Shown in pieces: positions 10,601-20,788 of a DNA stretch of 64,000 nucleotides. The stretch covers positions 1-64,000 of the forward strand of contig QPMI01000459.1 in NCBI GenBank assembly GCA_004431415.1. The letters are read 5' to 3'. The translations under genes were made by a program, and so were the position numbers. This stretch comes from Cyanophora paradoxa CCMP329 (taxonomy: Eukaryota > Plantae > Glaucophyta). How positions within the stretch are numbered: position 1 is the first letter of the stretch; each line of letters starts with the position of its first letter. Under the pieces are notes generated by a model that made no database searches, was not told where the DNA came from, and saw only the letters and a list, made by a program, of their open reading frames with translations.

Positions 10601-13008
10601 AGGGCGTATTCCAGACGCTCGACAGGCGCGTGATGGGCGACTCGGACGTTATTCTGCGCAACGCCCTCATGCCCTACGGCGACTGGAACCGCGCCACCGC
10701 CGACGCCCTTGCCGATTTCGACCTCGAGCGATTCACCACCAAAGAGCAGCGCGACGCCTACCTGGGGCGCCCGAGGGCAAGGCGGCCCGGGGTGGCAAAG
10801 GAGGCCCTCAGCGCAGAGACCCTCTTCTCGGCGGCGGGTACGGCGAACAACGACGGCATGCCCTTCGGCATGGCCGACCTCTTTCAGGGGGCGGGCATCG
10901 ACCTGGTGGGCGCCGGGCTCGGGGGTACGGGCTCGAGGTTCGGCAGACGACTGGGGGCGGGGGCGGCCGGCCTCGGGCTGACGGCGCTGGGCGGGCTGCT
11001 CTCGTCGTACCAAGCCCTGGAGAGCGGACAGATCACGCAAGCGCAGTTCATGGACAACTTCCGCGACAGCATGATCATGACCGTGGGCTCGTTTGGCATT
11101 CAGCAGGGGCTCACCTCCGGTCTCCAATTCCTGAAGCCCGGAATGAAAATCGGGTTCGTGGGTGGCATGGGCCTGTCGATTCTCGCAGGAATGATCGCCG
11201 GCGTCTTCGTGGACATCCTGAACAAGAGGGACGTGGGTACCATCATCAAAAACTTTTTTATGTACCCCATCAACTGGGCGGCCGATACGATTCAGTTCAT
11301 TGGTAAGATCGCACAGGACATGGTCGAGTGGGGCATCGAGACCTTTGGCTCCGAGGCCGAGCAACTGAGGATGCGAATTCGGCGAATCGAGGGTGAGTTA
11401 GGCGACAACCCCATGGGCGTTTTCACCGGAAGGGGCGGCGACAACGGGGCAATGAGACTCATCATGGAGATCGAAATGCTGAAGATGGATGCGGGAAACC
11501 AAAAGCAGCCCGAAAGCCTGCAGAAGTTCATCCACGCGCTTGACAACGCAATCAACGATTACCGTACCCCCAAGGACCAGAAGACTCTGCTCGAAATCGA
11601 TCGCGCGACGGTGCTTTACCTATCGCAGCTCACGGAAACAATGCAGGATGGGCTGCTGGCCCTGAACATCGGCCTAAAGCAGGTGATGCTGGATCTGAAG
11701 GAAATGGTGACGGCGGAGGCCAAGAACAGGAAGCGCGTGTTAATTGCCGTCTACCAGGAGGGCCTCAACAGGATCAATCACATCGAGGCCCTAAGGCGCG
11801 AATTCGGCTCGGCCATCCGACACTCGGGCGTCTCGTCGAACGGAGGGGCGCAGGTGGCCCGCCTGGCCGACGCCAACTCGCGCCTCGAGATTCCGGGTAC
11901 CTTCCGCATGCAGGATTGGTGGGAGGCCGAGGCCTTCAGGAATTACGGGGCCTTCATAGACAACGGGATTAATTCGCAGAGTCCCAAGGCCAACTGGCTG
12001 GTACCCAAGGCGTACGTCGATAAATTGATGGACAGGCCGGCGGCGCCGTACAGGAAAGAGGTGGCCAAGGGCGTCGAGTACTGGGCACCCTCGCCCGGCC
12101 AGCCCGTGTTTGCGGCGCAGAACTACGAGTGGCACGTGCCCTCGGGGCCCAGCCAGGCCATCAGCACCGTGGGCGTCGTGCAGCCCCAGCTGGCGGCCGT
12201 GGCCCATACGGGCGAGTACGCGGATCTGAAGGGGAAGCCAACGGAAGTGAACGCATCGCTGCTCGAGTACCCCGTCAACCAGCCCGTCAGCACCGTTGGC
12301 GTCGTGCAGCCCTGGCTGGCGACGGTGGCGCACACGGGTGCTTATGCGGATCTGAGCGGAAAGCCAACGACGTGGGCGTGGGATAGCATCACGGGGAAGC
12401 CGAGTACATACCCCCACGCCAGTCACAGGCACACCCTCTCCGAAATCAGCGACTGGACGGCCCCCGACTTGTCGAACATCACCGTGGACTGGGAAACCCA
12501 AGTTACGGGCAGGCCAGCCACCTTCCCCCCCTCGACTCACAGCCACAACGTGGACTGGGAAACTCAAGTTACGGGGAAGCCTCTCACCTTCCCCCCCTCT
12601 ACGCACAGTCACGCAGAGTACTCGCTCACCGGCCACGGGCACAGAAACGTGAACATGGATGCGTACATAACGCACGGCACGTCCTTCCACTCGTACGCTG
12701 CGTACACGGAGTTTAACATCAATTCAACATACACGGTGACGTTCAACATTACATTCGGACAGGCGTACGACACTGGAGGCGGATTGGGGACCCCAGCAAA
12801 CCCGACGCCGGTTATTAACGTAACCCCCTCGTTCGACATCAATCCTGGCGGCAGCACGGATGTCGATTTCTACGGGACCAACGTCACGGCGGTGAGTCAT
12901 ACTGGCTTTACAGTTAAAGTGAGATTCCAGCCCAGAATGACGGTCACACCCACCCAAATTGTCCAGCTTTTCATTCACTGGACCGCGATCGGCAAGCTGC
13001 TTATGTAA
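7650..13008 (+). CDS. Giant virion protein (~1786 aa after two frameshift corrections): His repeats, Gly/Thr linker, TM, long coiled coil, hydrophobic region, phage tail-fibre repeats, H-type-lectin-like tip
   Basis: ATG 7650 follows the motif; adding one G to G-runs at ~8606 and ~8692 joins the three frames (EAW-DKVAG...RKG-FVRQIDE); repeats LAxVAHTGxYADLxGKP, WETQVTGxPxTFPPSTHSH; ends GFTVKV...HWTAIG. Confidence 0.75.
8404..8600 (+). repeat. Coding tandem repeat, ~4 x 21 bp (GGGTGTG) within a Gly-rich linker
   Basis: ggtgggggtacaggcaccggg unit repeated. Confidence 0.85.
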
Positions 13009-13032
13009 TCGATTTTCTGATGCAATCCAAAA

Positions 13033-14231
13033 ATGTCTGTCGCCGTCCCTCTATTCACCTACGCTGCCAGCGTGAATCACAAGGGCGATCACACGATTAA
13101 GGAGACCACCCTCGGGGACCAGGCCACCGAGACCCCTACAACGCCACGGCCGTCCCTTCTCCGAGGCCGATCTCGTGCGAGTCGGCGAGCTGCGCTGCGA
13201 TAAGATGCGCACGCGGGAGGGCGGATCGGCCGTGCCGGGGCGCGTGAAGACGCAGAGGCTCACCGTCACGAACGGCTCCTGGGACGGGAGTGGTCACACC
13301 ACAAACGCCCTGACGTTCAACAACGCAGATGGGAGGCGAATGCGGCCTTGTACGTGCAGGGAGGGGCGCTAACGTGGTCGGGGGATTGAGAGTCAACGGG
13401 GCTGCGACGGTTACCGGCGTCGTCAACGCAGTCTCGGAGCTCAACTCCCCTAACATAACCGGAACCGCTAATCTGTCCAATGCAACTATCGGTGCGCCGA
13501 CATCCATCGCAACTTCCGTCTTGAACGTTAAAAGCAAAGACGTCGGAAGCGGACAATGGGCAAGCCTGTGGTGGGATTTCGACAACCGACACTACATGGG
13601 CGTGAAAAACTACAAAGTGGCCGATCAAGCCACCGTGACCTTATGGAACGATACAGCGGCCTGCCCTTTCTTTGTTGCTGCCCTCGGGTCTACGACAGGT
13701 CGCTCCATCGCAGCCGGGGGCACGGTCAACACCGCAGGAAGCGATTACGCAGAGTACATGCTAAAGAAATCCAACGACTTTGCCTTCAACAAGGGCGATA
13801 TCTGTGGGGTGAACGGCTCAGGACTCCTAACCAATCAATTTACGGAGGCCGTCACGTTCGTGGTGAAGAGCACCAACCCATCCTTCGTAGGGGGCGATAC
13901 CTGGGGCCAGTCCCTTGGAATGGCCCCCCTGAAGCCGGAAACGGACGACCCCACCGCCCTCGCAACCTACGAAGCCGCCCGCGCCGCCTGGGAGTCAGCG
14001 GCAGAGGCGAATCGGCAGCTGGTCGATCGGATTGCATTCTGTGGACAGGTCCCCGTGAACGTCAGCGGTGGGGGCCCGGGAGATTACGTGGTACCCACCC
14101 CAGGACCCAACGGAGCAATCGCCGCCCAGGCCGTGGCCGCCCCATCCTTCGACCAGTACAGGGTCGCCGTCGGTAGAATCATTCGAGTCGTTTCAGATAC
14201 GCAGGCGCTAATTATCGTGAAGGTTGTCTGA
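13033..14231 (+). CDS. Fibre/spike protein with C-terminal Peptidase_G2-like intramolecular chaperone (several frameshifts in the 5' part)
   Basis: Motif-preceded ATG 13033; ALYVQ-GGANVVGGLRVNG fibre repeat; GSDYAEYM...GDICGV...STNPSFVG...IAFCGQVPV...GDYVV...AVGRII. Confidence 0.75.
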
Positions 14232-14251
14232 TGAGCGATTACCGCACAAAT

Positions 14252-14273
14252 ACAATAATACCCTGATTGTTGT
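14252..14273. terminator. AT-rich hairpin between convergent viral genes
   Basis: acaataat-accctg-attgttgt (one G-U pair) in the 58-nt gap between stops at 14231 and 14290. Confidence 0.3.
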
Positions 14274-14289
14274 TCTTCCACATAAGATT

Positions 14290-16372
14290 TTACATGAGCG
14301 CGTGAACGGCACTGGCGTCCGTAATAAACGTGTTAAAGAAGAGCACATCGTCGACCCAGCCGTTCCAGAGGTGCGCGGGGGATGACTCGGTGACACCCGC
14401 TCCAATGCGCAGGGGATACTGCGTGTTTGGAGCGTAGCCGGCTGTCCTTGTTTCTACGGTTGAGCCCACGCGAATGGAGTGTGTCGTGCCATTGTACCCT
14501 ACGGCAATCTTATACTGCGTACCTGCATTCGCTGCACTCGTTCCGAAATCAGTCCACGCAGAGCCATTGCCCGTGTAGGACAGAAACACGCCATTGTTCC
14601 TGTACAACGAGTAGCCCGTGAACATGCCGCGGGATGCTACAGGGGTCCAATAAGTTCCTGTTGTCGTAGCGGTGAAAAGGCAGGAGCAAAGTACCGAGTA
14701 CGTCGAGGTATTGAGGGCTGCAGAGTAGGGAACTTGCAGATAATGGGAGCTGCCGACATCGAATGTCACCCGGCCACTCGTATAGCGAGGTTGCAAAGAT
14801 GCTGTATCCTGGGTCGCGTGCCTCCCACCCCCCGTCTGATCGTACATTGTCTGAACAGTTGCCGTGTACCCCGTCACCCAAGTCGTGTAACTTGTTCCAG
14901 ACCGATCGTACGCAGAATTCAAGACGCCTGAATAGTCAGCGTACCAATCGGCGGTAATTCCATCGCTGCGACGCAGACGGAGCGTGGGTCCGACATAAGA
15001 GGGCCGAACCCTTCGGGTTGAGTATGCGGCCACCAGTGCATTCTTGGTGGCCGTTGAAATGGTGGCGCTGTCCATAAAACTGTCAATTGTCGTCGCAAAG
15101 GCACTGCTGGAGGCAGGCCCCTCCTCGCCAATCTGGTTAACGCCCTTGACGGTGTAAGTGTAGGTCGTCCCGAACGCGGTCGTCCCGAACGCGGTCGTCG
15201 CGTCCGAATAGGGGCTGCTGACGTCGTTCGCGAGAAAGACGCCGTCCCTGTAAATGTTGTAGGAGACGGTGACGCCCGTCGCCGGCGCCGACCAGGCAAG
15301 CACCACTGGCTGGGCGGCCCCCGCCGTCGGAGTCGCGGTGAGCTCCGTGGGCGCCGCCGGATCCGTGGTGACATACGCCACAATGCTCTTCGGTCCCTCC
15401 CCTCCCGAGTTCGTCGCGGAGACCTGGTACTCGTACCCCGTACCCCAGATCGTGGTCGCGTCGCTATAGGAGTTGGTCGCGGAGTCTGCGAGGTAGGCCC
15501 CGTCCCTGTAGATCTTGTACCCCGTCGCCCCCGTTGGCGCCGTCCAGCTGAGGCTGACGGGCTGCTCTATGTCGTCGGGCGCAGTCGTCGTCACGTTCGT
15601 GGGCGCGTTCGGCGTCGTCCAGACCGGGAGCGGATCGGACTTTTCGTATTCGACCCGCCCACGATGCCGGCCACCTGGTAGGAGTACTCCGTACCCCACG
15701 CAAGGGCAGTGCTATCGTCGATGTACGAGGTAGCTAGGGCGCTGCTTGCGAATCCGATAGGGGTGCCGTCTCTGTAAATTCGAATCGAGTCCGCGCCCTC
15801 CATGGCCACCCAATTGATTGTGACGACGATGGCGGGTTTCGGGAAGCCGGAAGACGCGGGGCCGCCCCGGCAATAAAATCGCCGTAGGTCTGGGCCGTGG
15901 CGGTTGTGAGCGTGGTGTACGCCTCGATCTGAGGGTTGAAGCCGCTCAGGCCTTGGAAGAGAATGTAATTGCTTGTAGTGCCCTCGTGCGTGTAGAGAAG
16001 CGACTGTGCGTAGGTTGTGGGTGGGGCTTTGCCATCGGAGCCCGTGCTGCTGCTGCCCTGCTCGCGAACCGCGGCCACCCGGTAGAGACGTAGCTCGCCA
16101 AAATTAAAGGGCGTGTCCGTGTACGTGAGCGTGGGGGCGTTCACAGTGTTCACCAGCGTCCAGGTGCCATTGAGGCTCGTCGCCCTGTACACCTTGTACT
16201 TGACGGCGTTGGTGACAGCACCCCAGTTCAGTCGAAATCCGTAGGTACCGCCCCCGTTGTTGAGCACGGAGCCCGATCGCACCTGGGGCCTGCCCACAGT
16301 GAGCGAGATCGGCTCCACGCCGTACTGCGGAGCCTGCACCACCTGTTTCTTCACGAATACAAAGCGGGGCAT
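14290..16372 (-). CDS. Fibronectin-III repeat protein with C-terminal arabinofuranosidase-B-like/LamG (ConA-like) domain; frameshifts near 15,680-15,870
   Basis: Four FN3-like units (LxW...Y(K/N)IYR...YxDx...YxYxVxA); AAYSTRRVRPSYVGPTLRLRRSDG...YDQTGGGRHATQ...IGAG...WNGWVDDVLFFN. Confidence 0.8.
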
Positions 16373-16411
16373 TTTCCTCTACGATCCGAAAAAATATCTG
16401 CCCCGGGGTAA
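16373..16411. promoter_or_regulatory. 39-bp bidirectional viral promoter (two back-to-back motifs sharing one A/T tract)
   Basis: ccgAAAAAATATctg reads TTTTTTCG on - (17 nt from ATG 16372) and AATATCTG on + (15 nt from ATG 16412). Confidence 0.65.
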
Positions 16412-17089
16412 ATGACTTCCAACTGGTACCAGACTCTCAACTCCCTCGACGCCGGCAACAACAACTCAAACTTCGCGCGCATCCCCTCCGGCAGCTACGT
16501 CGACGTCTTCCTGCAGAATCCCGTCGTGATTCAAGCCGTTCAGAACGCCTACGCCACGCCCAAGATCTACTCCTACCAGCTCTTCTTCGACCCGTCCACT
16601 CTCAGCGCAGAGGTCATTGAGCTGCTCCACGAATCCGGCCTCGTGAAAAGGGTGGCGCCCGCCACGGCCACGGCCAACGTCCTGCGCTGTCTCGAGGTTA
16701 AGTTCAGGGAGACGGGGTACGGCCCCACCGTGAACCAGTACACCGATACCGCGCTGCCGGGTACGGGTGCGTTTACTGCGCGGGGTACGCTCAAGGGCGA
16801 CGTGCTCTTCACGAAATTCAATCCGAGTCCCGCCACCCTGGGAGCCCTCTACACGGGCGGCAACCCGCGCGCTTCCGGGCTACCCCGCTTCCCCTTCACC
16901 TTCTTCAAGTTCCAGGTCTTCCCCCTGCCCTACGCCGCCGACCAGCCCCACTTCAGCACGGGCGCCAGCCTCTGCGCGGAGCTGCGCGAGTGCTCGATTT
17001 CCTACAGGCACACCACCGGCTCCGACGCCGTGCAGCCCGCGGCCCGCCTCTCGGGCATCGGCAACGACATCGCCCTCTTCTACGGATAA
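16412..17089 (+). CDS. Viral beta-rich protein, paralog A (225 aa)
   Basis: Clean ORF; shares VxxQNP, YxxFD...SAE...SGLxK, LExKF, NPRA..PRxxFTxFxF with the next gene. Confidence 0.8.
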   Translation: MTSNWYQTLNSLDAGNNNSNFARIPSGSYVDVFLQNPVVIQAVQNAYATPKIYSYQLFFDPSTLSAEVIELLHESGLVKRVAPATATANVLRCLEVKFRETGYGPTVNQYTDTALPGTGAFTARGTLKGDVLFTKFNPSPATLGALYTGGNPRASGLPRFPFTFFKFQVFPLPYAADQPHFSTGASLCAELRECSISYRHTTGSDAVQPAARLSGIGNDIALFYG

Positions 17090-17112
17090 TCTTTCTCATC
17101 CGAGGTCGCAAA

Positions 17113-17895
17113 ATGCCTTCCACCTCGAGCACCATCGTGAAGACCGTGCTGCCCACCCCCGATTTCTACGGCGATGTCGCAGCGGCCAACGCCGGGACGG
17201 ATTCCGTGGTCTGGGACGGCAGCTACGCCTCCATGCTGACCGTGAAGATCCAGAATCCGATCATGCTGCGCGTCACCTCCAACGATTTCGAGAATCCCGC
17301 CTCCTGCTCCGTGTACGTGTACTTTGACATCGACTCGGGTGTGAGCGCGGACGAGGCGGAGGCCCTCTGGCTCTCTGGCCTCCTGAAAAAGATAGAGCCC
17401 TCCGTGCCGGATCGGCCCGCAATCCGAGTGCTCGAGCTCAAGTTCACTGCGAACACCGCCCTCACTCGCACCTTTAACGGCGGCTCCAAGACCCACATAG
17501 ACGGCACCGCCATCGATGCCACTCACAAGACCACGCAGGCCGTCCCCTTTGAGATGTACAATCTCTGGAAGATGACCGCAAAGGAAATGATGACGAATGC
17601 CACCACGGGTGGAGTCTCGGGTACCTCGTTTTCCTATGATTCCTCGAATCCCCGTGCCCAGCTCTGGCCCCGGCTCCTCTTCACGAAATTCACTTTCAAA
17701 TTGTACAACAACATTGCGGGTATGCCTACCTCTGGAATGGTCGTGGGTTCTACCCTCATGGCCGAGTTGATAGAAGCAGAGGCCGACTACACGACTGCCA
17801 CCACCAACCCTGCAAACGGCACGTCTACAAACTACGTATCCTGGGCCACGATCGGTCGCGAGTACGACACTAAGATTCACACCACTAGCGTCTAG
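17113..17895 (+). CDS. Viral beta-rich protein, paralog B (260 aa)
   Basis: True start MPSTSS at 17113, 19 nt after the motif; collinear similarity to 16412..17089. Confidence 0.8.
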   Translation: MPSTSSTIVKTVLPTPDFYGDVAAANAGTDSVVWDGSYASMLTVKIQNPIMLRVTSNDFENPASCSVYVYFDIDSGVSADEAEALWLSGLLKKIEPSVPDRPAIRVLELKFTANTALTRTFNGGSKTHIDGTAIDATHKTTQAVPFEMYNLWKMTAKEMMTNATTGGVSGTSFSYDSSNPRAQLWPRLLFTKFTFKLYNNIAGMPTSGMVVGSTLMAELIEAEADYTTATTNPANGTSTNYVSWATIGREYDTKIHTTSV

Positions 17896-18250
17896 ACTGG
17901 CTGAGCTGCACCAGCGCCTGCGCTGCCTCCATCATCTCCGCAATCTCCTCGCTCTTCTGCTGCAGGCTCGTACCCTCCCTCCTCTTCTTCTGGATCTCCG
18001 ACATCGATACCCAGCGCAGGTTCTCCCTCCTGTAGTCCAGCGGGTTGCCGTTGATGTGCTCCACGTACAGTCCACGTGGCGGCTTCCCGAGGATGAGCTG
18101 GGAGAGGTAGTGCTTGCGCCTCCCGAAGGTCTTGGTCACCCTGCCCCTGTCCAGTCGCCAGGGAAACTCCATCGCACTCCGGGGCACGTCCGAGTTGACC
18201 AGGACGTTGTAGGGCAGGTCGCGGGAGTCGGTGCACTTGAGCAGGGCCAT
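17885..18250 (-). CDS. HNH_3-family endonuclease-like protein, degenerate active site (121 aa)
   Basis: YLSQLILGKPPRGLYVEHINGNPLDYRRENLRWVS versus consensus LHRxI...VDHINGxxLDNRxxNLR. Confidence 0.8.
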   Translation of the reverse strand: MALLKCTDSRDLPYNVLVNSDVPRSAMEFPWRLDRGRVTKTFGRRKHYLSQLILGKPPRGLYVEHINGNPLDYRRENLRWVSMSEIQKKRREGTSLQQKSEEIAEMMEAAQALVQLSQSRR

Positions 18251-18289
18251 TTTGCCCTAGGCTCAGAAAATGTTCGACCGGGGACCTTG

Positions 18290-18775
18290 GACCTTGGTGC
18301 TCGGACCTTGGTGCTTGGTGCTTGGTGCTTTGGAAGCGTTTCTCTCAGGGTCCCGGCCCAGACTTTCTCCAGGATCAGAAATTTGTCAGACAAGTCAGGT
18401 GAGTTTTTCTACGGACTTTTTTTACTCGTAGTCTTTTTTAGTCGTACCACCCCTCATACTCTTTTTTACTCGTAGTCTTTTTTACTCTTACGACTTCTCG
18501 TACCCTCTGTCTCTTGACATCTCGCTTGAAATCGCTCTCGAAAACTCTGTCGACATTTCAGACTCTACCTCTCTCGAAATCTCACCTGGAATGTCACCGG
18601 AAACGTCGTATGCAAAATGCAGTACCCCTTTCTAAGTCTGCCCGATGGTTAATGACTTGGCGCGGCAAACTCGCAGATCCAGAGAAAGTCTGGACCCAGA
18701 CTCTGAGAGTAACGCTTCCAAAGCACCAAGCCCCAAGCCCCAAGCACCAAGCCCCAAGGTCCGAGCACCAAGGTC
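18290..18775. repeat. Imperfect ~110-120 bp inverted repeat (18290-18397 / 18653-18775) with CCAAGNC heptamer arrays, around a T-rich spacer with 24-bp direct repeats
   Basis: Reverse complement of the right arm aligns with the left arm (gaccttggtgctcggaccttgg...cttggtgctttggaagcgtt.ctctcag.gtc..g.ccagactttctc...caagtca); spacer repeat ttttttactcgtagtctttttta at ~18416 and ~18461. Confidence 0.9.
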
Positions 18776-18833
18776 AAGTAAAAATAGTCGGCCAATTTTT
18801 ACAAGTATGTACAATGGAATGACGCAATACTAT

Positions 18834-19885
18834 TTACAGCATCTCAAAATCAGAGTCATCGTCGGAAACCAAGTCAATCGGGGCCTCGGGCGCGGACTTA
18901 AGGGGAATGCGGGGAAGGGCCTGCGCTGCCTGCACTAAGTCCTGCCGCTCCTGCTCGCGCTGCGCCGCCAAGGCCGCTGCCGCCTCTGCCTCGCGCCGCT
19001 GCTGAGCCTCGACGCGCGCCCTAAGTTCCGCTGACTCCTTCTTCTTGCGCTCGGCAATCTTGGCCAGCGTCATCTCGCGACGAAGAAGGCGCTCGTGACG
19101 CAACTTGCGTCGGAGTTCGGCCATTTCGCGCTTGGCGATGATGCGCTTCTCAATGGTCTTGACGTGCTGAGTCAGGCGCTTGCTGAAGTGTGACGTCACG
19201 CGAGAACGGGCAATGCCAGCGCCGATCTTCAAGTCTTTTTCGTGTTCCTTGGCGGGATTCTTGACTCGCTCGGAGTTGTCGGTGAATGACGTGGTCTCCA
19301 TGAACTTCTTCTTGACGATTGACTTGGTCTTGATAATGCGGCGCTTGCGAGTCGGGTTTTCGTTGTCGCCTTCAGAGTCGGAAGAGGACTCAGAGTCGTA
19401 TGGAATCGGCACGTCAAAGTCGATAAAGTCGTTGATGTCAGACTCGGCGTCAGAGGCCTCGGACTCGGCGTCATCGACTGGCTCGGGAGCGGGCTCGGCG
19501 ACGGGCTGAGGGGCAGATGACGACGATGACGGAGGGGGGTAATTCGTGAAGACTTGAGGGGGATAGGCCCAGGCGAGCGTCTCGGCGGCAGACTCGGCGA
19601 AAAGCTTGGGGTCGCCCCAGCCAGTGGGAGTCTTGACCCAGCCGGGGACGGGGGCACGTCGACGGGCTCGGGCTTGGGCTCGGGCTTGGGTTGCTTGGAC
19701 TTGGGCAGAAGGGAGGATACAAAGTTGAGGTTGATGGTATGGAAGCCTTCTCCGCTGTGAGCTTGGTAGAGGTACCCCAGCTTGCGGGCACGCTTCTCCA
19801 TTTCACGGGTAGGCCAATCGCGGGACTTAGCCCACATCTCACGGGCCTTGGCAAGGTCCTCGACAAGCTCAGAGGGAATCGACAT
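18834..19885 (-). CDS. Viral nuclear regulatory-type protein (~350 aa, frameshifted): acidic tract, NLS, coiled coil, C-terminal SIM-like motif
   Basis: MSIPSELVEDL... joins via frameshifts to ...DAESDINDFIDFDVPIPYDSES...TRKRR...APIDLVSDDDSDFEML*. Confidence 0.65.
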
Positions 19886-20224
19886 CTGCGCAAAGGGAAG
19901 AGAGATCAGCAAAGGCAAAACGTGAGGTGACTGAGAGAGCGGACTTGTGAAAATTCGGAGAGGCGGGGATTCCTTGGGCTGAGAGAAGGCGGCGAACCCG
20001 TTTCAAGAGTGAGCCAAAATGGCGGCGGACCGCGGTTTTGTGGGCGATTTTTTTCGCGGTCTAGTTCGCAACGGAAAACGTTGCCAACTGGCCTGAAAAA
20101 AGCCAAATTTAGCGTTGGACCCAAGGCAGAAAAAGGGAGCCGGCCTGACGGAAATCGCCCGAGTGCGTCCGCCGAAGGTCGAGTCTCGGATGGGGGGTAC
20201 ACCCTCAGGGGCCCCCCTGGCCCC

Positions 20225-20695
20225 TCACCCTGGTAGTGCCCTCTCAAAGGGATTTTCGAAGCCGTACAATTCTTGGTAAGTCTCGTAATCCGGGCTGTAC
20301 CCCCTCACAATCTGCGGGAGCCCCATTGAAAGCCTCCGTCTATCCTCTCTCAATTCCCTGCGGAAAAGTCTACGGTCTTCTCGAGCTTCGCGTGTCACGC
20401 CAGCTGGGCGTGGTCTATGATTGTTAGGGTTGTCGTAGCCTGGTCCCACCAGCCTCACGAAATTTTCGCGTATGGCCTCGGGGAGGCTCTGGAAACGGCT
20501 CGTCGCGTGGAACTCAATCCATTCATTGAATCGACGCGGATATTGACGGATGACTTCAAGCACGCCCTGTAAGTTGGGCTCTGGTGTTACGTCGGGGATG
20601 TCATGTCCCGTGAGGTGCCAACGCCAGAACTCGCGCAACCTTTCGAATGCCATATTCAACTCAAAGGGAAAATCGTAATAGAGATTGCCTGACAT
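20225..20695 (-). CDS. Viral hypothetical protein (156 aa)
   Basis: MSGNLYYDFPF start 16 nt after AAATTTTCGG on the - strand. Confidence 0.7.
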   Translation of the reverse strand: MSGNLYYDFPFELNMAFERLREFWRWHLTGHDIPDVTPEPNLQGVLEVIRQYPRRFNEWIEFHATSRFQSLPEAIRENFVRLVGPGYDNPNNHRPRPAGVTREAREDRRLFRRELREDRRRLSMGLPQIVRGYSPDYETYQELYGFENPFERALPG

Positions 20696-20726
20696 TTTTC
20701 TCCCCGTCCGAAAATTTCCCCGCTTT

Positions 20727-20788
20727 TGGGTCCAGACTCTGATTTTAACTCTTCCCAAGTCCCAAGTCCCAAGTCCCAAGTCCCAAGT
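20727..20788 (+). repeat. Third, partial copy of the 18.3/18.7 kb repeat with 5 perfect CCCAAGT heptamers
   Basis: tgggtccagactctgattttaactcttcccaagt(cccaagt)4 versus tggacccagactctgagagtaacgcttccaaagcaccaagccccaag at 18691 onward. Confidence 0.85.

Noticed and set aside
15163-15192. 15-bp tandem duplication (TTAFG x2) as a target-site duplication
   Set aside because: The copies are adjacent and in frame with nothing inserted between them; simple slippage.
18056-18938. Short ORFs across the inverted repeat (18056+, 18136-, 18514+, 18632-, 18645+)
   Set aside because: They are translations of heptamer repeats on both strands, with no coding-like composition.
20754-20788. Telomeric repeat tract
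   Set aside because: Only five units, internal, and part of a larger viral repeat module; the unit is not a telomere repeat I recognise.
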